Of a DNA stretch of 52,647 nucleotides, positions 24,001 through 39,000 are shown one piece after another (position 1 is the first letter of the stretch; the number at the start of each line of letters is the position of its first letter). Source of the stretch: Gnetum montanum (taxonomy: Eukaryota > Plantae > Gnetophyta); the NCBI GenBank assembly GCA_015680685.1, contig MNCI01001323.1:124922-177568 (forward strand), written 5' to 3'. Made by a program: the position numbers and the translations under genes. The notes under the pieces are model-generated. The model had not been told where the DNA came from. It did no database searches and saw nothing but the letters and a program-made list of their open reading frames with translations.

Positions 24001-27000
24001 ACTTGTAGGATGCAAGCCAAAAACTTTAACCAACAAGTCACATGCCCTGATAAGATTAATAAAAGGGACTTATTAACATCAGGAATACTTGACCTTGCAA
24101 GCCGTCATAGTTTAAGAAGTAATCTTCTAACCACTCATAATTTAAAAAAGTAAAAACAGGTATGGCCTGGGGATAGATAAGGTTGGAGAATTTGTTAGCT
24201 GGAACAAAGAGACAGTTGCAACCTTGTGACCCTGCCAAAGTGAAGACAACCTAATGTTACGGACCTAGCTTATGAACACAACCTTTTGCTAAGGACCCAA
24301 TCATACACCTTATGGAAGCATTTTATATTCTTTTCTTTCTGAACTCTTATTTTTATTCCCACTGTATTATGCTACGTCTTCAGGGTGTTTACTCAATGCT
24401 GCGGACAATGATCATGCATTTTCTCAACATGTGCTAATAAAAAAACGCCAGATCTTAACAATCCACCAGCATTTTTTCATGGCATTAATTAACATTTAAT
24501 ATTTAAATATCTTCAAAAATTTAAAATAACATGAAAAAACAATCCTCATAGCCTCACAGCAATGTAAAGAACAATGAATAATTATGCCCCTAAATGGCTT
24601 TTTACACCTAAAGCATGAAAGCCGGGCTCTAAATGCCATACTAACAAACTAAGAATATTATGTTGCTAATTTTAATATGCGGTAATCAATAGAAAAACTG
24701 CTTATAAAATAATAAAAACAATCGAGGTACTGGTACTACCTTAGGAGCCTTAGATTTTGCTAGATTTGAAACCTTAGAAGAATTAGATTCTGCTACACCT
24801 GGAACATTAAAAAATTCATGATCCGTTATCATTGGCCACTTCAATGTGAAGCACTCCTCTGACCTGAAAAGTAGCATTTACTCAGAATCTATAGCATAGC
24901 AAAAATTAACAAGAAGAATTAAATTACTTGTAAGAAATCAACAAACAACAGTGCAATCTATTTACCAAAAAAATTCATTCATTACTGGTAAGAAATCAAC
25001 AAACAACAGTGCCATCTATTTACCAGAAGAATTCATTCAAATCATCATAGTTTCTCCATTCTGAATGTTTTGCCTTTCCACCTTTATTTCTTTCAACTTC
25101 CTGAGGAACATTTAAAAGCTTGAATCAAACTTAAGGATAATCAACTCATCCCATAACTCTTTAACTACAGAAGATTTATAACCAAAAGACTTTCTCTGGC
25201 AGTTTGCTGGTTGAGGGTTAAAATGTAGGTTTCATGGCCAAGACGTCACAAGTTTGATTCTCAATGCACCTGAGGAAAAGGTAATTAAATTTTTAATGAG
25301 GTGTTTGCTTAGTGGAAAGAGTCTTGGCATAGAAACCTCAGGTGACAGGTTTGATTATAGTAAGCACTGCTTAGTTATGGATTAAAAAATTCCATAAAAG
25401 AAATTCTGAAACTATTCTGTCTAATAGATCCAAAAGGGTCTAGCAAAAATTCAGTTTCAATATTTTTTAGTTCTTGAATAGTTCTATAAAAGAATCGCAT
25501 ATACCTTGGCAATGACTTCATAAATGGGTGTCACAACTTTGTTAAGAAATGCTTCTTCCTCATCACCATAAGCTGGTTTGATAGGCTCTCCAGTAACCTT
25601 GGTCGTATTTCTGTCCATCAACCCTAGCATCTCATATGCCATCTGCAATACATGATAAAACAAGTGCTAAATAAGAATAATTTTAACTAGTTCCAAATGC
25701 ACTCTTTTGCTTTTCTTTTCTAGCACACTGAAAATTCGATATCCTTATTGACTAGATTTAGAACATGTAGTCTTCATGTTTCTTGTGCAGCCTATATAGT
25801 TTCACATATACAAGAATAATATCAGTTTTGAAGTGAAAGACAATGTAAATACTCTAGAGATCATCAGAGAGACACCTTTTAACTAATAACCTTTACTGAC
25901 ATCTCATTAGACATTATTGTTATGGTTATCTATTAAGCATAACAGTCTATGGTTGCACTAATAAGAAGAAAGGGTTTTCATAGTTAAGACACCATTTTTT
26001 ACAAATAAAAATAAGAATAATTAACTTAGACTCTCAAAAAGATACTCTGCAAAATTTTTAATTTTCAGATTTTGCACTGGTAGAAAATCTTTGAATTTTT
26101 AATTGAATATGTATACAGTGGAAAATTCAATGCTTCTGCACTGGCAACTTCTAATCTACGGATGCAGTGGCAAGAAAGTTTTAAAAAAATTATGACTGGA
26201 CACTTATATAGATGCAGTGGCATACAGTGTGCTCTCTTATCATTGTGCAAAGTGCTACAATAACACTAGTTGGCTCCTTTTAATCAGTCTCAAAAGATTT
26301 TAAAAAGATCAGAAATCTGCAATGTTTCTTAACGGGTCATTTAAAATTCGCATATGCAACGAAGTAAAGGCAATTCAAAAAGGATAAATTTTGATGGTGT
26401 CAGCTCTCAATTGTTTAAATTTCACCATTTCCTCAATCAATGATTTATTAACTAGTCATTTTTTATGATATATGATAATCTAAGCTATTTCCAAACTAAC
26501 TGATGAAGATTTCGGGAGGCTATTCTGCAACACACTTTTGCACTGCCCTACATTCCCTGTCACTCCACACGTCAACATATCCACGCTCACTACTTTACAA
26601 TATGTCTAGTCTTCCAAGAAAGCCAACAACGTTAAGCAACGTCCTGGTTGAGGATTTGAATCTGAACTGGGGAACTATTGGTCTTACCTTCGAACTCATA
26701 ACCAGTTTATCATCAAACAACCAGCACATGATTTTTTTATGTAAAAATCTCCTATGTATTATTAACTCTCATTAATAAGAAACGGCACCGAGAGCCTCAT
26801 CCACCACGTCAGAATGAGTCCTTTGCTGGAATGTGAGGGGGCCTCTTATTACTCGGCCATCAAACATTGGTGGTCAACCGAATGAATGCATTTTTGCTAC
26901 CTTTAAGAGAACAACTCAGATTAAACGGAGAGTACCAGCACCATCAGAAAGCTTTGTTCCGGAATGCAGATTTTTTTTTCCCCTGCTACAGAGGAACGGT

Positions 27001-30000
27001 CAGATTGTCTTTGGTAAGTTTGGAGGCCTGAATACCATATTTCTCTACTTTGGATAGACCGTAACTTGATTCCAGTTCAAGTTCAAAGACAGGCCCTTTG
27101 GACCTCGATCACAGTCTATGGTCCACCAGCAGTGAGAGATCGAGCCACATTTTGAAAAAACTTTGCAGAAAAGCTGAAAAGTATTTCAAACTCATTTCCT
27201 TTGATAGGTGATTTCAATGGTGTGCTTCAACCTTATGAGAAACCTGGAGGCTAACGGAATGTTACTATTCATGCCACCTTCATTGCTATGGCTCAACGGC
27301 TTTCTTTGGTGGATATTCCTATTCAAGGTTGTAATTATACATCATCTATCTTGCAAACAGGGATGGCTCAAGTTTTGTGTAAGCTAGATAGGTTTCTATC
27401 CTCAGAATCATGGTTGTAAGTTTTTTCTCATCTTCTCTGCTAAGCCGCTCACCAAGACTTATTCTAATCGTTGGCCCATCCTTCTTACTGCTTCCTTAGC
27501 TCAATCTACTCCAATCTTCAGATGGAAAAATTATTAGGGCCTGGAACCTGAAGTAGAGAAGTTTGTACACACCTGTTGGTTATCTCCTTGCAGAGGCTCT
27601 GTTCAATTTACTATTTTACAGCGGTTGAAGACATTGTCAAAGAATATTCTCGACTAACAGAAGCATCATCCCTGTAACTGGAACCAAAAAAAGTATCTAC
27701 TTGCAAAAATTGATAGCATACAAGAAAACATGAAAATGTTGGGTTGATCAACCAGAGAAGTAGAATCTTTTATATAGTTATTATCAATGTATGCAAGAAA
27801 GAATATATTGGCAGCAAAGGGCCAAACGTAAATGGGTTAGAGAAGGAGATGAGCGCTCATGAATTTTCCATTTATACGCTTCCATTAGGCATGTTCTCTC
27901 AAATTTCTCAAAAAAAAAATACTGGAAAGCCCACTTCTAATTATGAGCAAAATGCCCATATTGCAACTCAATATTATGCTCATCTTCTTGCTACAAGTAT
28001 AGAGGTTCAGCAAGATAATATCGGAGAGGTCATAGCCTACCTAGAGACATCTTTCTCTGGAGGATTCGCATGTGCTCAAGACACACAACAGCTGCTGAAA
28101 ACTCATGTGGTTGTATTCAGCATGGAAAACAATAAAGCTCCAGGGCCATATGGATTTCCAATAGATTTTTGTATGCACTATTGGAATATTGTTGGGATAA
28201 GTACCTTCAATATGGTCTTAATATTTTGAAGGACATGTAATTTTGAGAGAATTTAATACTAATTGAATTACCATGTTTCCAAAGAAAAATCAGGCATCAA
28301 ATATTGACGACTTTAGACCTATTCGCCTCTGTTCCGCTCTATACAAAAACATCTCTCGATTTTTGACACGTTGGCTAAGTCTTCAATTGTGGCACCAGAG
28401 TGAACAGGTTTTGTACCTAGAAGGCATATTCTTGACCAAGTTCTCTTAACGCAAGAGATCCTTTGCTCTACTAGTCTGCAACATGAGCCTAGTTTGACCT
28501 TGAAGCTTTATATTAGCAAGGCATATGATAAAATTGTTTTGCATTTATATAAATACTATTTTACATGCTTTTGGCATCCCCACTCACTAGATTGGTAAAC
28601 TAACTCAATGCTATAAAGGTTCTAGATTTTCTTTATTGATTAATTGTCAACGGATTGTAGACATTTCAGCCAAAAATGGACTTCAACAAGGTCATCCAAT
28701 TTTTCTATTCCTATTTATTTTGAAAATGGAGCGTTTGGAAGTTTTATTAGGCATAAGCAGCAATTGGGCACATTAAGGGAATTACCCTTGCTCATGGTTG
28801 CTCTGATTTTACTCACCTTCAATTTGTTGATAACATTTTTTTTGTATGGCTCTATAGAGTTTCTCCATAATGCAGATCAGTATCTATGAAGTTTTACAGC
28901 TGCTTCTGGTATCCAAATTAATTTTCCAAAAGCAAACTTTATAATTTTGGAACTTCTCCAAATGCATTGATGGCCTTCTATGCTCAGCTTCAATGTCAGG
29001 AGGATACACTTCGTACCAAATATCTTGGTAAAATTCAAAAAAGATTAGCACGATGAAGAGCAAAGTTAGTGTCCCAAGCAGGTCCTTTGCAACTCCTCTG
29101 CTTTGTCCTTCAGGTAGTTCCTTGTGCAGAGCACTTGAATCTGTAATTCAACAATTAGAAAGGCTAGAAAGATCTTTTCTTTGGTTGCACATGAAGCAAA
29201 AATCCCTGCATTGCTTACAATGGAATGTTTCTTGCCAGCCAATCCAAGCTGGAGAATGGAGGATAAGGCATTTAGGCTATATCAAAATTGCATTACTAGG
29301 AAAATTAATTTGGCAACTCTACACTGGTGATAAAGCATAGGCACAGGCGATAATGGCCAAGTATCTATGTGGTGGGTTTTTATTTCATAATGCTGCATTA
29401 ATCTCACAAACCAGTCCAATCTGGAGCTTTGAAACACTCAAAAACTAGTTTCAAGCTTACATTAGTATCATTGGGGATTAATTTCAATAAAATGGTTCAC
29501 CTTTATATTCACTTTAAAAAGGCTATAGTTGTGAGAGATGTCCGAGGGTGGTGGTTCTCCTGGGCTCTCCCCATGGTTCGGGGGCCATGGAACACTTTGA
29601 GGTGCCCTCGGGTGACTCAAGTGTTAGAAAATCCATCCTGGCTTGGCAGTACCAAGTCAACATCAGGACACTCTCCTAATGCAACTCTCTCTATGTCCTC
29701 TTCATTCTACTCTCATGCGGAGAACTACATGGCCCTGATTCTACAGTGGTCGTAGATATGTAGGCAGCCAGGATTGGATAGTTCTAGTGTAGTGCCAAGC
29801 CACACCTTGTACCAGATCGTGAGGGATCTGGGGGTGAGGCACCTTCCCTTGTAGGTGCATCGTTTCCCCTCCCACCGATGTTGTCTACAAGGTTGCTTGT
29901 CTGCTTGTTTGCATGGTCCTTGTTTGGAGTTGGTTACCCTCTGTGAGGTGCGTTCCCATACATACATGATAAGAAGTTGTGTTGCTGCTTGCACTCATTC

Positions 30001-33000
30001 TTGGGTTGCTTGCTTGCTTGCTTGAGGCATATTCCCCAGGTCTTCCGCCCCAGATCCATTGGATCTTAGTGAATTCCTTGGGGTGCCAAACAACGTCGGG
30101 GCAACGTTGTTACAATAGTAGTCTCCACACAGTTGGGCCAGATACACTGAAGGCTACATCGTGGAAATGGGAATTACTTCCCCATCGTAGAACTTTTATT
30201 TTTAAATGTTTGTATGGTAGGCCTTTGATTCATGATTACCTTAAATGAAAAGGTATTTTAACTGATAAATTCTGTCCTTGTTGCCATAATCATGCTGAGA
30301 TACTTCATCATTGTTCTTTATAATGCAACCAAGTTCATTAGTTCTGGAAAATTTTTTATGAGCCCATTAGTATCTTCATCCTATCATATGCATCCCTTAA
30401 AAATGGCATCCATTCTTTGCCTTCTGCACATCAGAAGTGGATGTGAAAAAGGATTAAAGGTCTCCTCCCTTAAGCATCGTATCATTGTCGGTACTTACAA
30501 AATATTGCTCTATTCTCCAACATGTCTGTCTCTCCACACTCTGCTTTAGTACTATTAGTTAATAATAACTTTTTGCGTACATTTTTCTCAAACGATGTGG
30601 TTGCTTCTCTACCAGATGTTACAGCGTTGATGTAGTATTAATCTTTCTGGTCGGTGCCCCTGCCATATTAGAATCGGGGTTTTCTTTTCATCCAAAAAAA
30701 ACTCATGAATCAATCTGCTATTATTTCATCTTCCTAAATCTTTCATAAATTTCAACATTTCCTTTTTCTGCCACACTTCTCAATTCTGTCCATTCCCATT
30801 GTAGAGTTTGTAAGTCCTGTCACTCTTTAAAAAACGCCCTCAAGTCTAACCCATACGCTTTAACCACTTAATGCCGATCTGGTATCCGTAATACCTTCAC
30901 TCTCCATTTCTTTTACAATAGCTTTACAGCTTGCTTATTCCCTTACAAAGTTGGTATAAATAGTTGAAAAAAAAAATTTCACTATGTTATTCATTAAAGG
31001 GAAAGCTGGTTATGAACCTGTAGGTAATACCTATAGTTATGAAATCAAAGGTTTGTTTATCATGTTGGAGATACCTATGGGCTAACATGCTGCACAATTC
31101 ACTCTATTAACAAAAAATCAAAGCTTTGTAGGACATGTTGGTTTTAAATTCTATAAAGCATAGCCCTTATGCCTGTGTTCGTAACTTTTTAAGCACTACC
31201 ATGCCCATCAAGCATCCTAACCCAGAGTTTTACCTCATTTCAGAATAAAATTAATCACTTAATTCCCTAAAATGTTTAGATTGTGGTCTAGTGTTGCCCT
31301 CAAATTTAATGTTACTACCTAAGAACAAGGGTTCAGGAATTTACACCAGAGAACATGAACTGAGGCTTTTTTTCACTGGTTGAAAAATGAGCTTTGTCAA
31401 AAACATGTGTGCATGTCTGTCAGCGAGAGAACGTGTGCGTATGTATAGATTCTAACTGTCGACCAGTAGAAGCAATAATAAAAAGTCAAACCAGAATGCT
31501 TTTGGGTAACTGTTTCAAAACTAGGGTTAGAAACTAAACTAAAGGTAGTAGAGAATTTCATATGCTACATCAGAAAATGTGACACCTTCCAAAATAAGAT
31601 AGAATTGTGAGATTAAATTGTTGACTACTATGCGATTTGTTTTTGGATAGTTAAAAATATGATCTTTGAATCTGTGAGATCAACAAAGGAATAAGGTTAA
31701 GGGTATATCAAATAAGCGTCCAATTAGAAACTTATTCAAAAAATTGAAAACTGCAAGACTTATTAAACATTAAACTGCTTCACAGATGCACATAAAAATC
31801 CAAAAACAAGACATATATAGATGTTGTTTGATAAATTTCAAATTTTGAAATGAATCACTCTTAGCATTTTACTGCCCAAAACAAACCTATTTTTCATTAA
31901 CTGGGATTATTAAAATTTTACTTAATGATACTGCAACAGTGCATTAACAACTTTCAACTTTGACTCATCAGAAAAACAATGTTGCCGCTGAATGCTATCA
32001 AAGAATTAAAATTAAAACATCAAAAATCATTAACCAAACGTAAGTTATAAAATTCAAAATAAGAATGTAAATAAAAATGAAGAAGGAAACAGATCTTACG
32101 TTATGGAATATGTAACAAAGGCACTCTGGCATAAACCTTAGATTTGCAGCTTCACCCCAAATAAGGAGGTAAAGCCCCATATACAGTATCTTTCGTTGCC
32201 TTCTTTCAAGATCAATATTAGGATTTCTGCACGAGTTAAATAAGGATTTAAATGCATTGTAAGAAGACGTATCCGAAAGTAAAAGCCAAAAGATTCAAGA
32301 AATCATTCAGTCAGATTTTCATGAAGAATGTATTTGTCTATACACAAAAATGAGAGGAAATAAAGAACATTACTGAATATTGCAGTTCCGTTTCAGATAC
32401 TTGCACCAGTTCTTGTAGTTTTTAAATAACTTTTCCATCACAAATTCTAATGCTTCATCATCCAACTGCAGCAGATAACATATCAATTAAATGATCTAAG
32501 AATTCATACTGGCATTCACAAAACATTTAACAAATTGATAAAAGTATTTATATCGGTAATCACTCATGAACTCAAATAGTTTTTATGTTTTAAAAAAAAA
32601 AAAAGATAATATCATTACCATGTTATCTCTTTTGGCAGTTGCCGAGTTGCGCCGTGACTTCATCTTTGAAGAATCCCTTATGTGCACATTAGCAAGCAAC
32701 AAAATTAAATGTTCTCTTTGATTGGCTGCATTGGCTTTCTACACAGTTTCACCATCAACCAATAAATTAAAGTCATTTTCCTTAACACAAACCAGTAATG
32801 ATTTATTAAACCTGCAGATAAGCTTTAATACAATGTTAAATTTAATCGCCATGTTCAGAGACCCAGCAGTTACCATGAAACAAACACACTACCTGAAATC
32901 CAAATGTAAGCTGAAGCCAATCTAGCAAATCCCAATCACTTTTGGAACTCTGATGTGCTTCAGGCAATCGAAGGCCACGAGTATTCCGTAAAGCTGCTAT

Positions 33001-36000
33001 TGCAGCTTGAATCTGAAATTAATAAAATAGCTGAAGTGAAAGGCATTGGAAGATACTTGAGCTGTTTAAAGTTATTAATCACTGAAAAATGTAACAATTG
33101 AGAAATATTAGCGGCAAAATGCTTAAGATGTCATTTTATGCTTTCCCTAGATTCTTGGTTGAGGTTGTACCAAGTAAAAAAAAACCAACCAAAAGAAAAG
33201 TGACTTCTTTTATGATGGTGTAAGTGCAAGGGAGGATGTTTTGTAGCAACAATAAAATAAAACTATCAAATCAGAGGATTTGGGTACCTATCAAATACGA
33301 GGATTCAGAAGCCTATTAAATAAGCTTTGGCATTTGAGCTACCCAGGAGGGTTTGAACGACTAAGTGGAAGTATACTTTTGTACAAAGACTTTTCAAATA
33401 CTCCCAAATCACTTCTGTCTGGAAACAACATCAAACTCCTGTCCTATTCAACTTTATTAAAGCAGTTCAATACCTCACCATCAAAATAATAGAGGACAAC
33501 TTTGCAAGCACCAACGTAAATGCTTCCCCCTTGCTATCTACAAGTATAAAATAAAACTGCCAACAGATGGTATTTCAAAACCTGATACCCAAACATCTCT
33601 CCACAAAGAGTGATAACAGGTCAAATGGATATTTCCTAGAATCCATGATTACAACCATTTACATGATGAACCCACTGTATAGACTTGTTCCTTTCATGTT
33701 ATTATATGCATCTTTAAAATAAGAAACCAATATCCCACAGAAAGAAGCTATTCATTTAATCAAAGAAGATAAGCTATAAAAATTTCCTTGAAAATCACTC
33801 CTAATGTTTGACAGTTACTGATTCCCTCCTGCTTTTGCAGAGATATAAAATGCATTCCTATGTTGTAGTGCCCCACATTTGTACATGTGACCTTAATACT
33901 TTATACTTAGACTTGAAATTGTTTTAAAGCTTATAGATATATTGGTAGATGTCCCTAATGCTTCCAAGTAATATGAAGACTTTTGATTTAGTGATTTAAA
34001 ACAATTTACCATTTATTTCTAATTTCTTTCAAGTTATTTATTATTTTAAGTTAAGAAAATATATTTTCATTGACACGAGGATGACAAACTCTAACATTAT
34101 TTTAGGATAATACTATGAAATTAATGTAATTTGGATCCATGGTTTTTTTTTTCTTTTTTGAGAGAGAGAATGTTCAGGATGATATTACTAGAAAGTAAAA
34201 GACAAAATCAGGTCACCAGAGGTGGCCAACATGGATGATCCCATGGGGGGAGTAAGTGGTGTTGGGGGGTTGTGGGTGGCAGCATGTGAACAGTCAGAGC
34301 CCACTGCAATGAGTCAACTAAGAGCATGTCAAAATGCACCAAGATAGCTAGACCCCCTACCCGCCCCACGCAAGATCACAGGTATGCCTTCCAGCCATCC
34401 CAATGGAGATGGCAGGCCTCTATGTCTTGTAGCTTGGTCTTCTGAAGCCATACAATGTCACAATCTTCATCACAAACAATCTGTCGCAGTGTATTTCTTT
34501 TATAGGGTGTACCTTGTCCCCTACAATTTCATGATAGGAGCTTCATGTATGACAGGTCAAGCGACACTGGTAGACCTCCCGTAGGATCTGTTGCAATCCC
34601 AAGTTAATGTTCCATTTCGTCTACTTCTCCTGCACCAGACTTTCGGACAGGCAGCCAGGGCGACCCCCCTCCTGCAATACTGGGCTACATCCCAAATCCT
34701 CGGACGGTGGGCAAGCCTCCTTGGGCTTGTGAGATTTTGTGCTCCCCCAGACCACATTAACCCAATCGCCAAGTGGGGGAGCACAATTCCAAGGACCATT
34801 GGCTCAACTGACGACAGAGAAGCCAGAGAAGAGCAGCAAGCCTGCACCTGCCACGGCAGGGAGGCCCACCGCAGTGGGAAAGCCCACAGAGGATGGGAGG
34901 CACAGGTGAGGGTGGCCCCACGAACCGTCCCTTGCACCCAACAATCATCCACCCCCCACCATCTCCCAAATTATGGGTTTCAACCCGCATCAGCCTTGCT
35001 CCCCCATCCCGAGCCCTACAATCAGGGTCGTGGTGCCCATTCTTGGGGGGGTGTGTGGGGTGCTTTCTCCATTGGCTGCTCAACCTCTAAATTTTCAAAC
35101 TCGACGTGGAGCCGTTCCTCCCCGCCTGGGAGTTCGAGGACCACCTCCTTAATGAGATCTTTTGGGGATAAGGTCCTCCACACGCAGAAGTGGGGGAAGC
35201 CCATCTGCTCCATTGTCTGTGTGACCTTATCAAAGGCAATGAAATCGCTGAAAAAACCTGCAACACATTTAAGGAAATCTAGGTTCCACATTTCCCACGG
35301 AATCCTGGAAACATGCACCCATACCGGGGCACAAGTGAACAAATTTGTTTCGCAATGCACCCCCAACCGCCAAGGGGTTAGAGCCAATCCTCTAGCGCTG
35401 TAAAACCATGGCCCGCTATAGGATAATGTCACAGTCTTCAAGCATTAGAAAAATAAACAAGAGCAGGTCCTCCAACAGGCTCCGCACATCCACTACCCCA
35501 AGTCCCCAAACCTCCTTTGTCCACCGCCAAATAAGGTCCATCCGGGGGCGGGCACCAAAGGACATGAACCGTCCCATTAAACTACGTTGCATCATCCTCA
35601 CTCCCTCCATAGGCAACCCACTAACTTGGAGGTGCATGATGCCATCCGAACAGGAGTGTTCCTCAATAGTCCCATTTGCTACCTCAAAGTCCCCCCGAGT
35701 ACAACCCCCTCAACGAATCCCTCAAGGCCTATCACTTGCGGGCTGGTCAATCTACCATTGCCATGCGTACCATTACCGCCCTCTCCACATGCACTGTAGC
35801 CGCACCCTCTATTCACCTCACTCCCTCCGCTCACTTCATGCGCTTCGCCCATACCCATAGTTTTCCTTGCTGAATCCATGATTTATTTTGGCATTATTTT
35901 GGAATTTTTAATTTATTGAATTATTTAATTAATAAAAATACATCAAAATTTAAAGTTATCAAATTACACTCAAATTTGGTGGACTAACTCAATTTTACAT

Positions 36001-39000
36001 TTAGAGTATAGATCTATAATTAGGTTATTTATTTGGATCCTAGATTTTGAGATTTTAATGTTAAATAATTAAAAAAGTACTTTGTGGGCCTATATTGTAT
36101 TTAATTCAATTAAAATATTAATTTCTAACATAGTACCTATAGCATGTTTATGCTTGTTTTGACTAGCTTGACATGTATAAAATGTTGGATGTACAAAAAG
36201 TTTAGTATCAATGACTTTTGCTAACTAAAATATATGAATTGTGGAAAATAGCTAAAAAGGCCAAAAATAAATTACAAAACCCCTCATAGCTTAAAAGATA
36301 AAAGGGACTTAAAACAAGCCAATAAGGTGAGACATAAGAGAAAAGTCAATGTGGAAAAGTAAGTATGATGATAATGTGTGCTTATAATGACATTTATTTT
36401 TTAAATGTCTATTGTCTACTTCACATTAATTGTTAGAAAAGAGACAAAGGACACATTTCATAGGGACATGTGGCTCTCTTGGGTGTTTTCACTCTCAAAT
36501 GTCCATTTCTCTTATGAGCTTGCTTGTCTAAATCAAGCAGTTATTATGTCATAAATTTTTTTTAAAAAAAATTTGGAGGATGGGATGTCTAGTACTTGCC
36601 CATTGTGTAAACTTTCATGCACAAGTCTTTGCCCAAGCCATAGGGTCTCCTTCATCCTATAAATAGATTAAGGTTTGCTCTTATTTTCACTTTTTTCCAT
36701 GTGAGGGGAGACTATGCTAGTTTGAGATATGATTAGTAGAGGAGAGGGAGAGAAGAAATGTGTGAAGTTGTTCCTATTTTGACTTTTGGGCTGGGTATGG
36801 AGGCTGTTTTAGCAATCTTTGTGAGCTTTTGTTGAAGGCATAAGAGGCTAACCTTGCTGTTATTGGTAGCTGATTTCGAAGACCATTGGGGCTGGTTCTA
36901 GAGATTGTCATTCTCTGATTTTCCTTGAGGCTTTTGGCTGTACCTTGGGCTTCTTGTTATGACTTGACTCTTGAGGCTGTTAGTTGGGAACAATCTAACA
37001 TGATCTTTGAAGCCGTTGATTGCACAACAATCCAAGCTTGAAGTGTGTTCCTCTTAAACTGATCAGCTCATCCATAAAGGTGAGTACTCCAAACCATTAT
37101 TGCATTCTAACTATTGATAGGTGTTTGTTATCTTGGCTTGGACAAGTGAGGCTCATTTCATGAGTGCATGTGGGATTTCTTCAGAGTTGTGAATAATGCA
37201 TGGGATCTTTCATGAGTCATGGATCTGATTTTTGGCATACATGTATTAGGCTTATGAGTTAGCATTTTCCTTGGGTCATTTGCACTTGGTATTTCATGTT
37301 CTTGTGATCATTCTTAAGGAATGCCCCCCATCAATCTATCCAAGGCTGGTGATCTGTTGTGTGGGCTACTAGGGCTTAGTCCTTGAAGGTGCCTGATGGT
37401 GTTAGCCCTTGTCATTTTATCCAACGCCAATGTTCTTCTTGTGTGGGCTACAAGATGTTGTAGGGTTGGAGGGACTTGGTGTGTGACAAATGGACGGCCA
37501 AAGGTCCATTGAGCACTCTTTAATAAATAAAAAGAAATTATGCATATTGATGATTTTTGGTGTCCTTTGCATAATGGAAAGTGAGTGCATATGTTCTGTT
37601 TGTTGAGCATTTCTGTAGTCAGTTTTCAAAAGCTTTTCAAGAGAGTTGCCATGTCCCAACTCATTGTTAAATGGTCCTATGTTCAAGCCTACATTTATCT
37701 CAATGTGAAAACATGAGAGGTTACAAAATTTGATGATGAAGATTTCAAAAGTTTGACACCATGTTAATCCATACTGGTGGTCAAGCTTGGTACATTTCAG
37801 TCGTTATTTGTCTCTCCTTTTCATTTGAAATTGAGCTTATATCATTTTACTTATTTTGTTGGCTTAAAATCAGAAATTTTAGTGCTTTGATGATGACTAT
37901 CCCTAGTTTAGAGACTGCTATTTTTTTCATGGTTGTTACCCACTGTTTACCATTTTCTGACTTCATTTGAAAAAAACTAATAATGATAAACAGTCACCTT
38001 TAGAAGTCTGTTCTCTGTCCTCTGTTTTCATTTTTTAAAAAGAAAATGATGTCAGAGACTGTGTCTATCCTCTATTTTAGTCTGAGAAAAGAAAAGAAAA
38101 GACCCCCTACCCCCCTTCCTTCCTCTCCCTGGGCATAGATGTGCAGTCGTCAGGTGCCCGACTTTCATGAACTGACATGATAATTATAATTTCAGATCTA
38201 TTTTAGGCCATCATTTTCTCCTATAATCAGATTTGTTTTCCAAAAAGCAGGCCCTACCCTCAGAGCTTGTTTGCCAAAAATTTAGGATACCTTAAATGGA
38301 GGAACTCTAGTTGATCTCCACATATGAACATTCATCTATTTCAATGGTTTGAGGCAATGCCAAACTTTTTCTTTGCCATAAAACATAAACAAACATATGT
38401 GTCGTAACTTTCCATTGTTGATGTGTGAGCTAGTTTCTTATATGGCATTTAAGAACTTACTTGAGATGCCCAGTTATCTTCTTTTCATTGTAAGTTGGGG
38501 ATAAGGGATCTTGGACGCTTGGAAGTCTCCTTGGAGTAAGTCTTTTACTGCTTAATGAATGTTTCGTACATTTTGTAATAGTTAAATGTTTCCTTTTATG
38601 TAGGCCATTTAATATTTATTTACCTCTTGATTTAATGCACTAACCCACATATTTACTAGCAATTATGTTTTGTTTATTTCAGCAAAGAAACGAAAGAAAA
38701 TATCTGTGTGATCATGTCCTTTTAGTTGCTTTCTATAAAAGTAACCAATATGAATTATTATTAAAAGCCCTTTTTGGCCCTAGGATAAACATTAAACTAA
38801 CTTCACAGTTAGTAATTAGGTGGAAGATGCATATTGGATTGGTGTGTCTTGTGTGAAGCATGTAGTATTTCTAGAGATCATTAACTCATCATTTTAATAA
38901 TAATATATTCATCCACATACCTTGAATGGATGGGTTAAATTGTTTATTTGTTTTACATACACCCTACACTGGATGTGCAGATTAACACCACTATCTAACC

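Noticed and set aside
34591-35403. 270-aa plus-strand ORF and neighbouring overlapping ORFs
   Set aside because: Antisense shadows of the GC-rich L1 ORF1; no recognisable domain.
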